Position numbers and translations under genes: made by a program
Notes under the pieces: model-generated
The model's input: the letters and a program-made list of their open reading frames with translations, nothing else
The model's database searches: none
Told to the model about the DNA's origin: nothing
Shown: positions 15,801-27,740 of the stretch, one piece after another
Numbering within the stretch: position 1 is the stretch's first letter
Layout of the letters: each line of letters opens with the position of its first letter
Assembly (NCBI GenBank): GCA_964016885.1
Contig: OZ024740.1
Location: 242,978,001-243,042,000, forward strand
Length of the DNA stretch: 64,000 bases
Source of the DNA: Eledone cirrhosa
Lineage: Eukaryota
Reading direction: 5' to 3'

Positions 15801-18800
15801 GCTATAAATAAGTACCATCCTTGCTTTTCACTTTGACACCATCAGTGTTGTGGATGAACAGTTGATTGTCTTTCACAAAAAAAGAAATCACTTTGCCCTG
15901 GACTGTACTATAGAAAGGAACTTTCCAGATGAACTGTATCCAGAAACTAATTTATCACTTGCTGTGTACAAGTTTCATATTTCCTAGGTGAAAACTTAAA
16001 GCCTCATTGATGTTTTACAACTCTGAGTAATTGCATCAAGTATTAACAATAACAATATTCTGTTTTTATGATATAGCAACACAAAAAGTTTGCTATTTTT
16101 TTTTTTCTTTTAAATCTGTAACTCTTGATGGAGTCATAAGAGTGCAGTAGTGACATAGAGTATCATCATTATCATCATCAGCGTTTTACGTCTGTTCTTC
16201 CATGCTACCATCGGTTAGACAGATTGTCCTGTTGTGGGCAGTGTCCAGTCGGCTGACCTTGTCTTGCTCATACGGAAACTGATTGCGGCTTGATTTCTAC
16301 AGCTGGATGCCCTTCCTAACACCAACCTCATTTACAGTGAGTGCTGGGTGCCTTTTTTTCCATGGCACCTGCACGTCCACTTTACAGTGTGGGCTGGGTG
16401 ATTTTTTTGCTGTGGGCATATTGTCTATATGCTTCAGCTTCGGCTTGTACCCGTGGGAACTATAATGTGAGCATTTTAAACCAGGCAGAGCCCACTTCCT
16501 CTGCAGATCTGAACACAGTCAATTTTTTTCAAAGGAATGAGAGTGAGAGAGAGAAAGTGAGAGAGAGATATAGAAAAAGAATCAACCCCAGTACTGGACA
16601 TACTATTTTTATTGACCTTGAAAGGATGAAAGGGAAAGTTGACCTTAATGGTATTTAAAATCAGAGGACAGAGAGTCAGAATGAATACTGCAAAACATTC
16701 TATCCAACATTCTAACTTGGCCATAAGTTTGTTTTATTTTTATCAAAATGTAGTGAAGATTTTGTAACTTTTAACAGCATTAGGAAAAAAACTACTTTTA
16801 ATAGTAGTAACCACAGGAAACATTTTACATTTTACATTAATAAAATTAATCTTCTATTTTCTATATTTAATCATTTCAATTCATAGGCTTTACGGTTTTA
16901 TAATTTTGTTATATTTCACTATATAACTTAATAAATAAGCATCTTGAATTGATATTAAGTTCTTATATTTTTCTCACTGTACAGTAATGCACACATATAT
17001 TCCACTGTTATCTACTTTAACCATTTAGCATTTAAACCGGCCATATCAGAATTCTCTCACCCCTATCTGTTCAAACTGGCCGTAACTAGCTGCTCATACT
17101 GATGTTAAGGTATTGTTCTCAAAATAAATAACATCAAAATCTGATAGATTTGATATTATGTAAGATAATTATGTAAGGTAAAGCCTTTATCACAAAAATA
17201 CAACAGTATATATAGAGTAATATAAATGCTAACAGGTTAATTTCTGATTGACATAACATATTTTGTAATATGTTGTATTCATTAGAAATAAGTACAATGT
17301 TAACATTGTAAAACATTGGATTTGGAATTGTAGGAATATAAATCTAGAGCTCTATCACTAGTTCACTGAAATATTTGGTATAATATTTTGTTTAGTTATC
17401 TTATATAGTTTCATAAATAATTGGAAGATAGTAAAAAACATTATTTACATTTTGTATTTTCATTTTATTCTTAATAAAATGTAGATGAAAAGAAGAAAAT
17501 AAAATTAAAGTTATTTCATTCTGTTTTATAGAATAAGGCTTCATATTTGTATGCTTAAAGCTATAAAGTATTTATTGTATTCTAATTTAAACAAATAGTC
17601 TTCCATGTAACCAAGCTCTATTGTCTTAACAATATAACTAACTTCATATTACTAATAATTATTCAAAAAATAATTTTCAAACAAATATGTCGTCTTGGTT
17701 TGACAAATAGTACTCTCCATTGAATCAGTCTTACTGTGAACAAATCAATATCTATAGTTATCTAAGATGGATAAAACTCATGTTCTTTTCAACTAAAGTG
17801 TTACCAATCAACATACTTGTACTATTTCAAGAAGGAAGACAACCAAATACATTTTTTCAAGATAAATGCTAAAATAATCAATCAATTCCAGAAACTGCTG
17901 AACAGAAATAAATTCCTATTTCAACTTAAAAGAACCATAACTTAGGATTATGAATGATTGGTCAGTTCTAAGAATATGCTTCACAAATTTCTATTTCACT
18001 ATATACATCAGATAGTAAGAAATTAATATAAGATTTGTGATTTAAGTGAGCCTCAACAACATTACATCAGATAGAAATATATTAGTAATAAACCTAAATT
18101 GCAGTATGTTAATGTATCATAAAGAAATAAAAATATCTGATGCTTCTAATGAATAACTTTGTGTGAAACATCAGATGCATCTTCTCATTACTGTTAACTA
18201 ACATAGTTCCATTTTTTGTTTTTCTTTTGCTTTTTACTCAAATACAAACTACAAACATATTCCTATATCTAGAGATATAGAAATATATTTACCATGTCTT
18301 CAATTACTTCCAATAGAAGGAATATATATATATGAACACACACACATACATATATATGTGTGTGTTTGTGTGTGTTTGTGTGTGTTTGTGTGTGTGTGTG
18401 TATGTATGTATATATGTATGTATATACTGTACATTTATCAACAAGAATAAGAAAAATTCAAATCAACCTGAAAGAACCAAGTTGTACTATATGTATATAT
18501 ATTTAGTGAGTTGGTCCCAGTGTTACTTACCAGTACTAGTAAGTACCACCGGATCCCAACTACTAAATTTAATAGAAAGAAGATATAGGAGAATTTTCAT
18601 ACAATTTCTTTTTGTGAGAATTATCTCTCTCTACATTTGAAGTAATAACTGAGGCATGAAGAGTTTCTCAAAACGAGTATCAAAATAACTTGCATTTATT
18701 GTAGTCCGTGTATTACAAATGAGGCGTGTATTACAAATATTACCTCGTGGCATGACAAGGTATAATCCTGAATCATAAGATGTGGTTGGAAAAAGTTTAC

Positions 18801-19047
18801 CATGCTTGAGCTCGATGTTGTCAGTTTTAGAGGTGCCGCCAAAAGAGAGGAAGATGAATTTTAGCTCAATCTTTTATAATCCCTTGAACGGAAGTTTAAG
18901 GAATGTTCTAGAATTTCAATGGGAAGTAACTCTAGCTACTTCACTTGTCTAGAGAGCGCTATATATACATCATTGGCATCCAGCAGTCTCAAAAGACCAT
19001 GGATCTGTGCCTGGAGAATTTTGTGTCAGCTGCTGAAGGTGGTGCAC

Positions 19048-19660
19048 TGTCTACCTCCACACCAGATCAGACAGGAGGCTGTTTAGTTTGTCAATGCCAA
19101 GATTCATCAGGTATTCATCAAAGAAATACTGTTTGTGGATGGCACAGCACTGGCAGTGCACTCTGGGGAGTAAATGCTGCACCTCATGAACAAACTCTCG
19201 AGGGCCTGCCAGAAATTCAGCTTGATCTTTAGTCTGAAGAAAACCAACATACTGAGCAAAAGTGTTAAGCATCCCCCACCATCACTCTTAACAACTATGA
19301 GCTGGAGGTAGTTGACAAATTCGTCTACTTTGGCTCTACCACCACTGACAACCTCTTCCTGATCAGCAGGAGAGTTGCTTGTTCAACTCCCCTGCTGATC
19401 TCATTTGCCAGGCTGATAAAGAGAGTCTGGGAACACAGAAAACTATCTACAAACACCAAGATTGCTGTCTACAAAGCATGTGACCTCAGCACACTACTTT
19501 ACAGCAGCAAGACAGGGAGCCTCTACTCCAGACAGGAACGGTGTTTCAATGTCTTCCACCTTCATAGGCTGAAATGCTTTTTGGATATCAAGTGGACTGA
19601 CCAGGTCACCAAGACTGAAGTCCCTAACCACGCCAAGATACCCAACATATACACCCTGCT
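19048..19660 (+). mobile_element. Decayed RTE (BovB-like) RT fragment, left arm of inverted duplication
   Basis: RPDGRLFNL-like, LEVVDKFVYFGST and TKIAVYKAC motifs. Confidence 0.78.
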
Positions 19661-19739
19661 GTGGCTGTACAGGCCCACACAGGAGTGGCAGTCCTGTATA
19701 CAGTGACTACATTTGAAAATGCTCTCCTCCGGTGCTACT

Positions 19740-20770
19740 ATGATGTGCTTTTTTTGAGCATGCTTTTCTTCGGAAGCAAGATTCAGTTTCTCTTCCCTTG
19801 CTCAATTCCCTTGTGCAGTACCCATCACCATTGTGGGTGATTATTTGCAACTTCATCCCATCTCTGGGTGTCCAGAACTATTGACTTCATATTTCTCTTG
19901 CAGGCATCTTTGAAACAAAGATGTCATCCTCATGTTCTTATACTGGTGGCCAGTTCCTCATACATTACATCTTTTTGGATTCTCCCATCCAACATACAGT
20001 ATACACAAACTATTCAGCACAGACAGCACTGTTTGAGCAGGGTGTATATGTTGGGTATCTTGACATGCTTAGGGACTTCAGTCTTGGTAACCTGGTCAGT
20101 CCACTTGATATCCAAAAAGCATTTCAGCCTATGAAGGTGGAAGACATTGAAACACCGTTCCTGTCTGGAGTAGAGGCTCCCTGTCTTGCTGCTGTAAAGT
20201 AGTGTGCTGAGGTCACATGCTTTGTAGACAGCAATCTTGGTGTTTGTAGATAGTTTTCTGTGTTCCCAGACTCTCTTTATCAGCCTGGCAAATGAGATCA
20301 GCAGGGGAGTTGAACAAGCAACTCTCCTGCTGATCAGGAAGAGGTTGTCAGTGGTGGTAGAGCCAAGGTAGACAAATTTGTCAACTACCTCCAGCTCATA
20401 GTTGTTAAGAGTGATGGTGGGGGATGCTTGACACTTTTGCTCAGTATGTTGGTTTTCTTCAGACTAAAGATCAAGCTGAATTCCTGGCAGGCCCTCGAGA
20501 GTTTGTTCATGAGGTGCAGCATTTACTCCCCAGAGTGCACTGCCAGTGCTGTGCCATCCACAAACAGTATTTCTTTGATGAATACCTGATGAATCTTGGC
20601 CTTGACAAACTAAACAGCCTCCTGTCTGATCTGGTGTGGAGGTAGACACCTTCAGTTGATGTTCAATATGCATGTTTTAGCATGACTGTGAAAAAGATGC
20701 CAAACAAGGTGGGGGCTAGAACAGAACCCTGCTTCACAATGCCTCATATGTTAAATGCCTCCAAAGAAGT
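19740..20770 (-). mobile_element. Decayed RTE (BovB-like) element containing the right arm (20035-20648)
   Basis: VKQGSVLAPTLFGIFF at the 5' side; reverse complement of 19048-19660. Confidence 0.8.
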
Positions 20771-21300
20771 GTACTGGTAGACCTCTATCAGAAATTACTT
20801 TCAACTAAGCTAATAAAGTGTTTTCTGTCTACTGTTTGTTACAATGTAATGAGGTGATTGCAGCCTTCATATAAAACTGACTCTATATTTTATGCCTAGT
20901 CTAATAGGCATTTGTCCTTCTTTTTGCATGAACATCATTATACTTAAGTTCTACCTAATATACCACTCTAAATTCCTCTGTAAAAGTAACCTTCAGGGAA
21001 CTTCAAGGTAGTAAGTATATTGAATTTTTCAACTTGAAATATGCACATTAATTTTACTAAATATACTTTTAACCACTTTCTTCTCTGTATGTACTATTCA
21101 TATAAAGCTACCACAGAAGGTTAAGTCTGTATGTGGGTGCATATATATTTTTTTTATTTCATTAAGGCTAAATAGTGAGTCTCACTATTTACTCTTAATG
21201 AAATAAATATTAAAATTCTACTTCGGTAATGAGTGCTCTTCTCTCATAAATATGTATTCACCCCCCACCCCACACATACACACACATATATATATATATG

Positions 21301-21352
<52 letters not shown>

Positions 21353-21480
21353 AGGGTGCGGGTGAATACCTGCCAGAGACGCTTCCGTGCGAGCAAGGCA
21401 TGGTCTCCCGACTATTCCCTCACCAAATGGAACAAAACTATCTAACCCATGCTAGCGTAGAAGATGGACGTGTACTGTAG

Positions 21481-21690
21481 AAATGAGATGCTAGGGACTG
21501 AGGTCCCTATCATTCCACTGCAAAGTGGTCGTGGAGGTGCCAAGGCAAAAAAGCACCCAGCACTCATTGTAAATGAGGTTGGTGTTAGGAAGGGCATCCA
21601 GCTGTAGAAATCAAGCCAGTATCAGTTCCTGTCCCACCCTTGCAAGCAGGGAAAAAGCGGACGTAAAATGAAATGATGATGATGAAATGA
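21481..21690 (+). mobile_element. 5'-truncated SINE copy
   Basis: Same body and tail. Confidence 0.8.
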
Positions 21691-21745
21691 TATATAAGTG
21701 AGGAAGATCAAAGTCAGTGTTGCAGTATATATATAAACTTTATTG

Positions 21746-21835
21746 ACATATTACAATTGTTTCAATATTGACCATCTCAGGGTACAATCATAATGACCAG
21801 GGCCCAACTCTTCCTCAATACCTCCTCAGATATGT
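21746..21835 (-). ncRNA. Type I hammerhead ribozyme
   Basis: Minus strand: ACATAT-CTGAGGA-GGTATTGA...TCAATATT-GAAA-CAATTG-TA-ATATGT. Perfect 6-bp stem I, 8-bp stem II, palindromic stem III. Confidence 0.82.
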
Positions 21836-22337
21836 GAGTTTATATATGCAAAGACACATCCAAACTGTTAACAGAGGTCCTGAGATCAGTTTATATACAT
21901 TTATTATGAGACGGATCTCATAACAGCATCGAGTGCTTCAAATGGCACACTGCCTGTAACTGTAGTTACACACCTAACATACATACATACATATATATAT
22001 ATATATGCACATACATAAATATATATATATGTATATATACATACCAGATAATGACAATGTTCTTCACTCTAATGGAATTATTAAAAAATAGTTAAATGGA
22101 TTTTCATAAAAGTGTAAAAAAATTAAACTTATGGACTTTAGAAAATATTTGAATTACCTATGATTTTGTCCTTTAATGTAATTTTTTTTATGTCAATAGT
22201 TCTACAAGCATTTTTATGTATTCTTATGAAAAACAAATAGAACTTTAACAGTTTTAAACTTAGAAGTGACAATCTTAGATAACAAAACAGTGTACTTATA
22301 AATTGCAATGCACTAAATGGAGAAAAAATTACATATA

Positions 22338-22549
22338 TTATAATTCCTCGTGTAAAGTTATCTTATTTTGCTTCTTAGTTGCTGATGTGTCAAATGTTTG
22401 AAAGGAACCTTCAATGGCATCATCCATTCCACCAAAAGATGTGCCAATTCCATCTCTATTTATAAGGTACATGGCAATCTCATCAATAAATTTGTGCAAG
22501 ATATTTTGTTTGCGTCGAAGATTGTCCATTTCCACTGGTGTTACATCTC
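22338..22549 (-). CDS. Terminal exon of the same ERp29/PDI-D-like gene: (R)DVTPVEMDNLRRKQNILHKF...KITLHEEL*
   Basis: Acceptor ttaattttcag|GAGATGTAAC is phase 1, compatible with the 60049 donor (C+GA = Arg). The joined peptide KKLSSRDVTPVEMDNLRRKQNILHKF matches the D-domain end (L....S.EK.DEL..RLNIL.AF). It ends in the KDEL-like signal HEEL and TAA. Confidence 0.82.
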
Positions 22550-22735
22550 CTGAAAATTAAAGCACACAGTTAATTATACCTTAATTACATTATTGTATCA
22601 TAATCAATTTAACATATTTTCCATCATTTTTACAGTTACTCATTTAAAATAATTTTTATGGACTTGTGATAATACTGCAAAGAAAAAATAAAAAAAATAT
22701 ATATATATTATTGTGGCGCCACCATTCAGCATTAT

Positions 22736-22770
<35 letters not shown>

Positions 22771-22772
<2 letters not shown>

Positions 22773-23020
22773 CAGATACAAAGCTTTTTCAGCTTTTGTT
22801 TACAAACAGCAGAGAATTTGAAATTAGATAGTGAAAATAGTGCTACCGTTGTATTTTTGGCTAAGTAAACTAGCCTAATAATTTGGAGTTATAAAAACTC
22901 ACAGAAATGGAAAACTGAATTAGCATTGATGTACATTTCTGTGGGTTTTTATAACTACAAATTATTAGGCTAATTTATTTGGTCAAAAATACAACGGTGG
23001 CACTATTTTCACTATCTAAT
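22771..23020. mobile_element. Inverted-repeat element in (TA)n
   Basis: Arms ~22823-22909 and ~22934-23020; (TA)n on both sides. Confidence 0.6.
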
Positions 23021-23175
23021 ATATATATATATATATAAGAAACGAAGTGGGCTGTGTGGTTACTGTAAACAAAGTTTAAGATGGTAATATGGACAAAACA
23101 AGAGAAGAACCCCTTCAGCAGCTGTTAACTGCAGATCATAGATGTTTCGGTACTTTCTCTCTATATATATATATA

Positions 23176-23520
23176 CTTGGATTATCTCCCTTTCTACCCT
23201 CCCTAGGCGAATTTCGTAGAACTCTGCGGTAGTTGATGGTCAACTTCCTACGGACCTGCACCTGCACAGACTGGTGGGGGTGAATTGGTACTCACAAGGG
23301 AACAGACGAGGGACCCAAGAGCACACACTTCATCCATTTCCATGTCGATTCAATTTGGATTGCCTCAGAAACATAACCTTATTATGGAACAAGCTGTCTG
23401 ACGATGTCGCGGCACTGGCGCATGGAACACTGTGGCCACTGTCGCCATTGAAATATGTATCACAGCATCATTATTAAAGGACTTTAACATCTGAAACTAC
23501 TTCGCTTTTCCTTATTCTCT
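23176..23520 (+). mobile_element. CR1/L2-like LINE 3' remnant
   Basis: HPF...RFNLDC...LWNKLSDDV resembles the CR1 ORF2 C-terminus. Confidence 0.4.
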
Positions 23521-23918
23521 CTCTATATATATAGTTAATAAATCAAACAAAACAAAACACAAGAATGCAAAAAACACATATTGGAGGAAGTGGAGGAGGG
23601 TTCAGACAGAAGTCCTTATATATATGTAGTAATGCAGGTGCCACAATAAAATGAACTCAGAAATTGGATCTCTAGTCTTTATTTCATGCACTACAAGTTC
23701 AAGTATCGGCCTTCTTGTAATTCTCTTTGCTTCTTTCACTATTGTTTAAAAGGTAAAGAAACATGTAAACACAGGAATTACATTGGTGTTAATATAATCA
23801 ATCAGTATACATGCCTACATACCTATATATATATTTATATATAGTTCAAGGAACCAATAAAACAGAGGTATCTAAAGTCTTATTAGTTTCATGCTTTATA
23901 TGGAAAAGTGGAAAGAAA

Positions 23919-23955
23919 GTTTGACATTTCGGGCTTTAGCCCTTCTTCAGCAGCA
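23919..23955 (-). ncRNA. Minimal Penelope-type hammerhead remnant in the 3' pLTR region of the Penelope relic
   Basis: Minus strand: CTGAAGA-a-GGGC taaa GCCC-GAAA-TG-TC. Stem I is poor. Same strand as, and downstream of, the Penelope RT/GIY-YIG remnants. Confidence 0.5.
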
Positions 23956-25448
23956 TAAAAATAGAGACAGGATCATAAAGGATAGATACAGAAAATAAAA
24001 GATAGTCTGTACTAAGAAAACGAAAACAATGAGAGTAAAGACAAACCGTTAGGTAGTCTTTATAACAATTTCGGAACACAAAGTGAAATGTGTGTCTATT
24101 AGTGATGATATAATTGTTTCTATTTTTGGCACAAGGCCAGCAATTACCCTAGTGCATTACTGGTGTTTTATTTTATTGACCCTGTAAGGATGAAAGGCGA
24201 AGTTAACCACAGCAAGATTTGAACACAGACCATAAAGGCCGTAACTCTATGCCAAAAAGCATGGTGTCTGATGTGCTATCGATACTGCCATAATGAGAGT
24301 AGACAAGACAAACTATTAGGTAGTCTTGGTATCGATTTTGGAAGCAAAGAGAAATGTGTGTGTATTAGTGTCAATATTGTGTGTGAGTGTATGTGTAAGT
24401 TTAAACGTGTGTGATTTTTAAAGGTTTATTGTGTAAATTATCAATGTTTATGTGTGTGTTAGTGTATTATGCGTATATTTGTGTGGTGTGTGGTAGTAGA
24501 TTTGCATGTGTGAGAGAATGTAATTTTGAATGTGTGTACTGTATGTGTTGAAGTTTATTTTGTATGTATGTATGTGTAAAGTATCTGGCAGTGTTTCTGT
24601 ATGTCTGTGAGATGTATGGATATGTATGTGTGAGTGTATGATTAAATTTTATCGTGTGTATGTATGTTGAAGTTTATATTGTGTAGGTGTAAAGTATCTA
24701 ACTGTGATTAATATGTAAGAGTGTATATATTAATGAGTTTTTGACATGGGATAGAGGAAGTAAGTTTAGTGTGTGTTAGAGAGTATATGGCAGAACAGAA
24801 TATAGGAAGATGGGTGGGGCATTAAGGCTAGGGGGATGAAAGGTTTGTAAAGAAAATATAAGTTGCTGTTCTCTACACCAGCATGAGTCAGAAGGCCTGG
24901 AAGAGTGTGTGAGGCTGAAGACACAGAGATGGCTTGTGGAGTGGCTGGTAGATCGAAAATTTTGGGAGATTAGAGTCAGCTTGCCAACCCAGATGTCCCA
25001 AAGGTGTTCAGCAAATCTGTCAGCTAGACGATGGCCAGTTTGACCAAGGTTGATGGCTCCGCACAGAGTACAATGGAGCCCATAGAAAAGGCTGGTGGAG
25101 ATGCAGCTGAAGGAGTCTCTAACCTGGAAGGACCGGTCATTGGGATGGAAAAAGGTGATGGTGTGGAAGATAAGGCTGTATGTAAGGCAACAGGATTGGG
25201 AACATGGGTGGGATCGACACCACAGGCATGGGTGAGGGTGGCTTGGATCAGAGTAGGAGTTAGCCATATCTAGTGAAAAGTCTGGCCATGTAATAAGACT
25301 GAATCTCAAAATCATGGGTTTAATTACACAGGCGGAATTAAGATTAGGGGATGGAGCGTTTGGTGTGGATGAAGTGTGGGGAGGAGAAGTTGAGGTAGGC
25401 ATGGGAGTCCAAGGACTTGAAGTAGGTTTAGGTGATAAGGAAGGGTGA

Positions 25449-25798
25449 ATCATCATCATCATCATCATCATTTCATTTTACGTCCGCTTCTCCCTGCTTG
25501 CAAGGGTGGCACGGGAACTGATTCTGGCTGGATTTCTACAGCTGGATGCCCTTCCTAACACCAACCTCATTTACAGTGAGTGCTGGGTGCTTTTTTGCCG
25601 TGGCACCTACACGACCACTTTGCAGTGGAATGATATGGACCCCAGTCCCTATCATCTCATTTCTACAGCTGAGTAAACTGGAGCAATGTGAAATAAAGTG
25701 CCTTGCTCAAGGAAACAACACATCACCCGGTCTGAGAATTGAACTCACAACCTTTCGATTGCAAGGCCAATGCTCTAACCACTAAGCCATGTGCCTCC
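25449..25798 (-). mobile_element. Full-length SINE inserted in the Penelope relic
   Basis: Same family; GTGAAT on both sides is a likely TSD. Confidence 0.88.
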
Positions 25799-26044
25799 AT
25801 GTGAATGTTAACAGAAATGTCTAGGAAGTTGACTGAAGAAGTGGAGATAGAGGTGGTGAACTTGAGGGCAGGGTGGAAGGAGCAGAGAGGACCAAAAGGT
25901 GTTGAGCTGAGCTCGGATGAGAGACGTGGCACCAAAACAGTCATCAATGTAACAACTGTACAGCTCAGAGGTTTGACCAGAATATTGAGAAAAGGTTTGT
26001 GCCTCAATGTAGCCAACATATAAGTTGGCGTAGCTGGGGCCCAT

Positions 26045-26420
26045 TCATCTAGGTTAACTCATTCCCTAATCAGCTGTGACCTTCATAACCTGGTCAACCA
26101 ACTTAATGCCTCTATAGTTTTCTCTATCTAGAACATCAGCTTTGCCCTCATAGCAGTTGACAATGATGCTGCTACACCAGTCAGTCATTGGGTATGACAC
26201 CATTTTGTATTACTTGGTTTACAACATGGGAGACTATGGTGTGGCCCACAATTTCTGAGACTTTCAGCATCTCAGCAACTATCCCTGAGGGTCCAGCTGC
26301 CCTGCCTGTCTTCATATCCTTGATTGCCTTGCTTATCATACTACTGCTGACTTGTACAGCCAGTCCCTCTATTGGGTCGACATGCAGCAAACTATTTCCT
26401 TCCCATGCATTCTCCAATAT
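26045..26420 (-). mobile_element. RTE LINE fragment (pre-RT region)
   Basis: KAIKDMKTGRAAGPSGIVAEMLK...IPNDW...NYRGIKL. Confidence 0.8.
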
Positions 26421-26608
26421 CATATATCTAGAAATGACTTCTACATGGCTAGAACTGTTTCATTTGTATGAAATCATTATGAGCTGGGACCTGTCACCAC
26501 CCTCAACTTCCAACTGAGACCTATTAATAATCAGCACCGACAAACTTTATCTGACATTCCTGATGATTTAAACAAATGAAACAGATCTAGTCCTGTAGAA
26601 TTTCTCTC

Positions 26609-26673
<65 letters not shown>

Positions 26674-26742
26674 AAAAAGAGATGAAATCGAAAATGCAAC
26701 TGAAGTCTTATTTTTTTTTTAAATATATATATTTATTTGGTT

Positions 26743-26780
26743 CCTTTACCGGCTTCGCAGTTCTTCTGCTTTTCAAAAGG
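26743..26780 (-). ncRNA. Inverted copy of the 26844 hammerhead with GAAA->GAAG mutation
   Basis: Reverse complement of 26844-26881 except for one substitution. Confidence 0.55.
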
Positions 26781-26843
26781 TGAGTTGAGATGGAGGGTCT
26801 GTGGTTTTTCTGAGAAAAACCACAGACCCTCCATCTCAACTCA

Positions 26844-26881
26844 CCTTTTGAAAAGCAGAAGAACTGCGAAACCGGTAAAGG
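26844..26881 (+). ncRNA. Minimal type I hammerhead, U3-A8 variant
   Basis: CCTT-TTGAAAA-GCAG aagaa CTGC-GAAA-CCGG-TA-AAGG, with palindromic CCGG stem III and GUA triplet. Confidence 0.75.
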
Positions 26882-27012
26882 AACCAAATAAATATATATA
26901 TTTAAAAAAAAAATAAGACTTCAGTTGCATTTTCGATTTCATCTCTTTTTCTTTATACTTCCACTCGTGTAGGACACCTCGGTTATTTTTCATTTTGTAA
27001 AAAAAACCTCAC

Positions 27013-27065
<53 letters not shown>

Positions 27066-27156
27066 TATATGTATATATACATATATCTTAACCACAGAAC
27101 ACCTGCAAAGGCTAGAAAGAAAGAAATAGGGTATGCTCCAATGGATGTGTAATGTT

Positions 27157-27740
27157 AGTGTGTGTGTGTGTGTCATGTGTCTGTGTGGGTGTGTGTGTCA
27201 TGTGTGTCATGTGTCTGTGTCTGTGTGTGTGTCATGTGTGTCATGTGTGTGTGTGTGTGTCATGTGTATGTGTGTGTGTGTCTGTGTGTGTCATGTGTGT
27301 GATGTATCTGTGTGTGTCGCGCGTGTGTGTGTGTCATGTTTCATGTGTCTTTCTCTGTCTGTGTGTGTGTATGTGTGTGTGTGTGTGTGGCATGTCTGTG
27401 TATGTGTGTATGTGTGTGTGTCATGTGTGTGATGTATCTGTGTGAGTCGCGCGTGTGTGTGTGTGTCATGTGTGTCATTTGTATGTGTCTGTCTGTGTGT
27501 GTGTGTGGCATGTGTCTGTGTGTGTGTGTATGTGTGTGTGTGTGTGTGTCATGTCTGTGATGTATCTGTGTGTGTCGTGTGTGTGTGTGTGTGTGTGTCA
27601 TGTGTGTCATGTGTGTCATGTGTGTCATGTGTGTCATGTGGCAGTGTGTGTGTGTGTGTGTGTCATGTGTCTGTGTGTGATGTATATGTGTGTGTATGTC
27701 GTGTGTGTGTGATGTATATGTGTGTGTCGTGTGTGTCATG
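27157..27740. repeat. Compound (TG)n/TGTCA(TG) microsatellite grown from an RTE fragment
   Basis: Follows an RTE remnant (RLERKEIGMLQWMCNVS, ~27095-27157). Confidence 0.9.

Larger units (their letters stand above)
23870..26044 (-). mobile_element. Decayed Penelope-like retroelement (RT + GIY-YIG), interrupted by SINEs
   Basis: RT remnants MGPSYANLYVGYIE...YIDDCFG and FHPALKFT...VNFLDISV (26044-25800). GIY-YIG remnant CTLCGAINLGQTGHRLADRFAEHL (~25080-24990). HHR remnant at 23919. Confidence 0.8.
26670..27020. mobile_element. Near-perfect ~140-bp-arm palindromic HHR element in (TA)n
   Basis: 26670-26811 is the reverse complement of 26813-26954 with about 2 differences. The right arm extends ~65 nt. 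Confidence 0.78.

Noticed and set aside
18650-18685. CATGAAGA-GTTTCTC-AAAA-CGAG-TA hammerhead-like string
   Set aside because: Several core mismatches and no stem I; too degenerate to call.
22920-22975. Hammerhead-like CTAATAA…GAAA-TGTACA-TC on the minus strand
   Set aside because: Core has non-compensatory changes, stem I is offset, and the orientation is opposite to the other elements.
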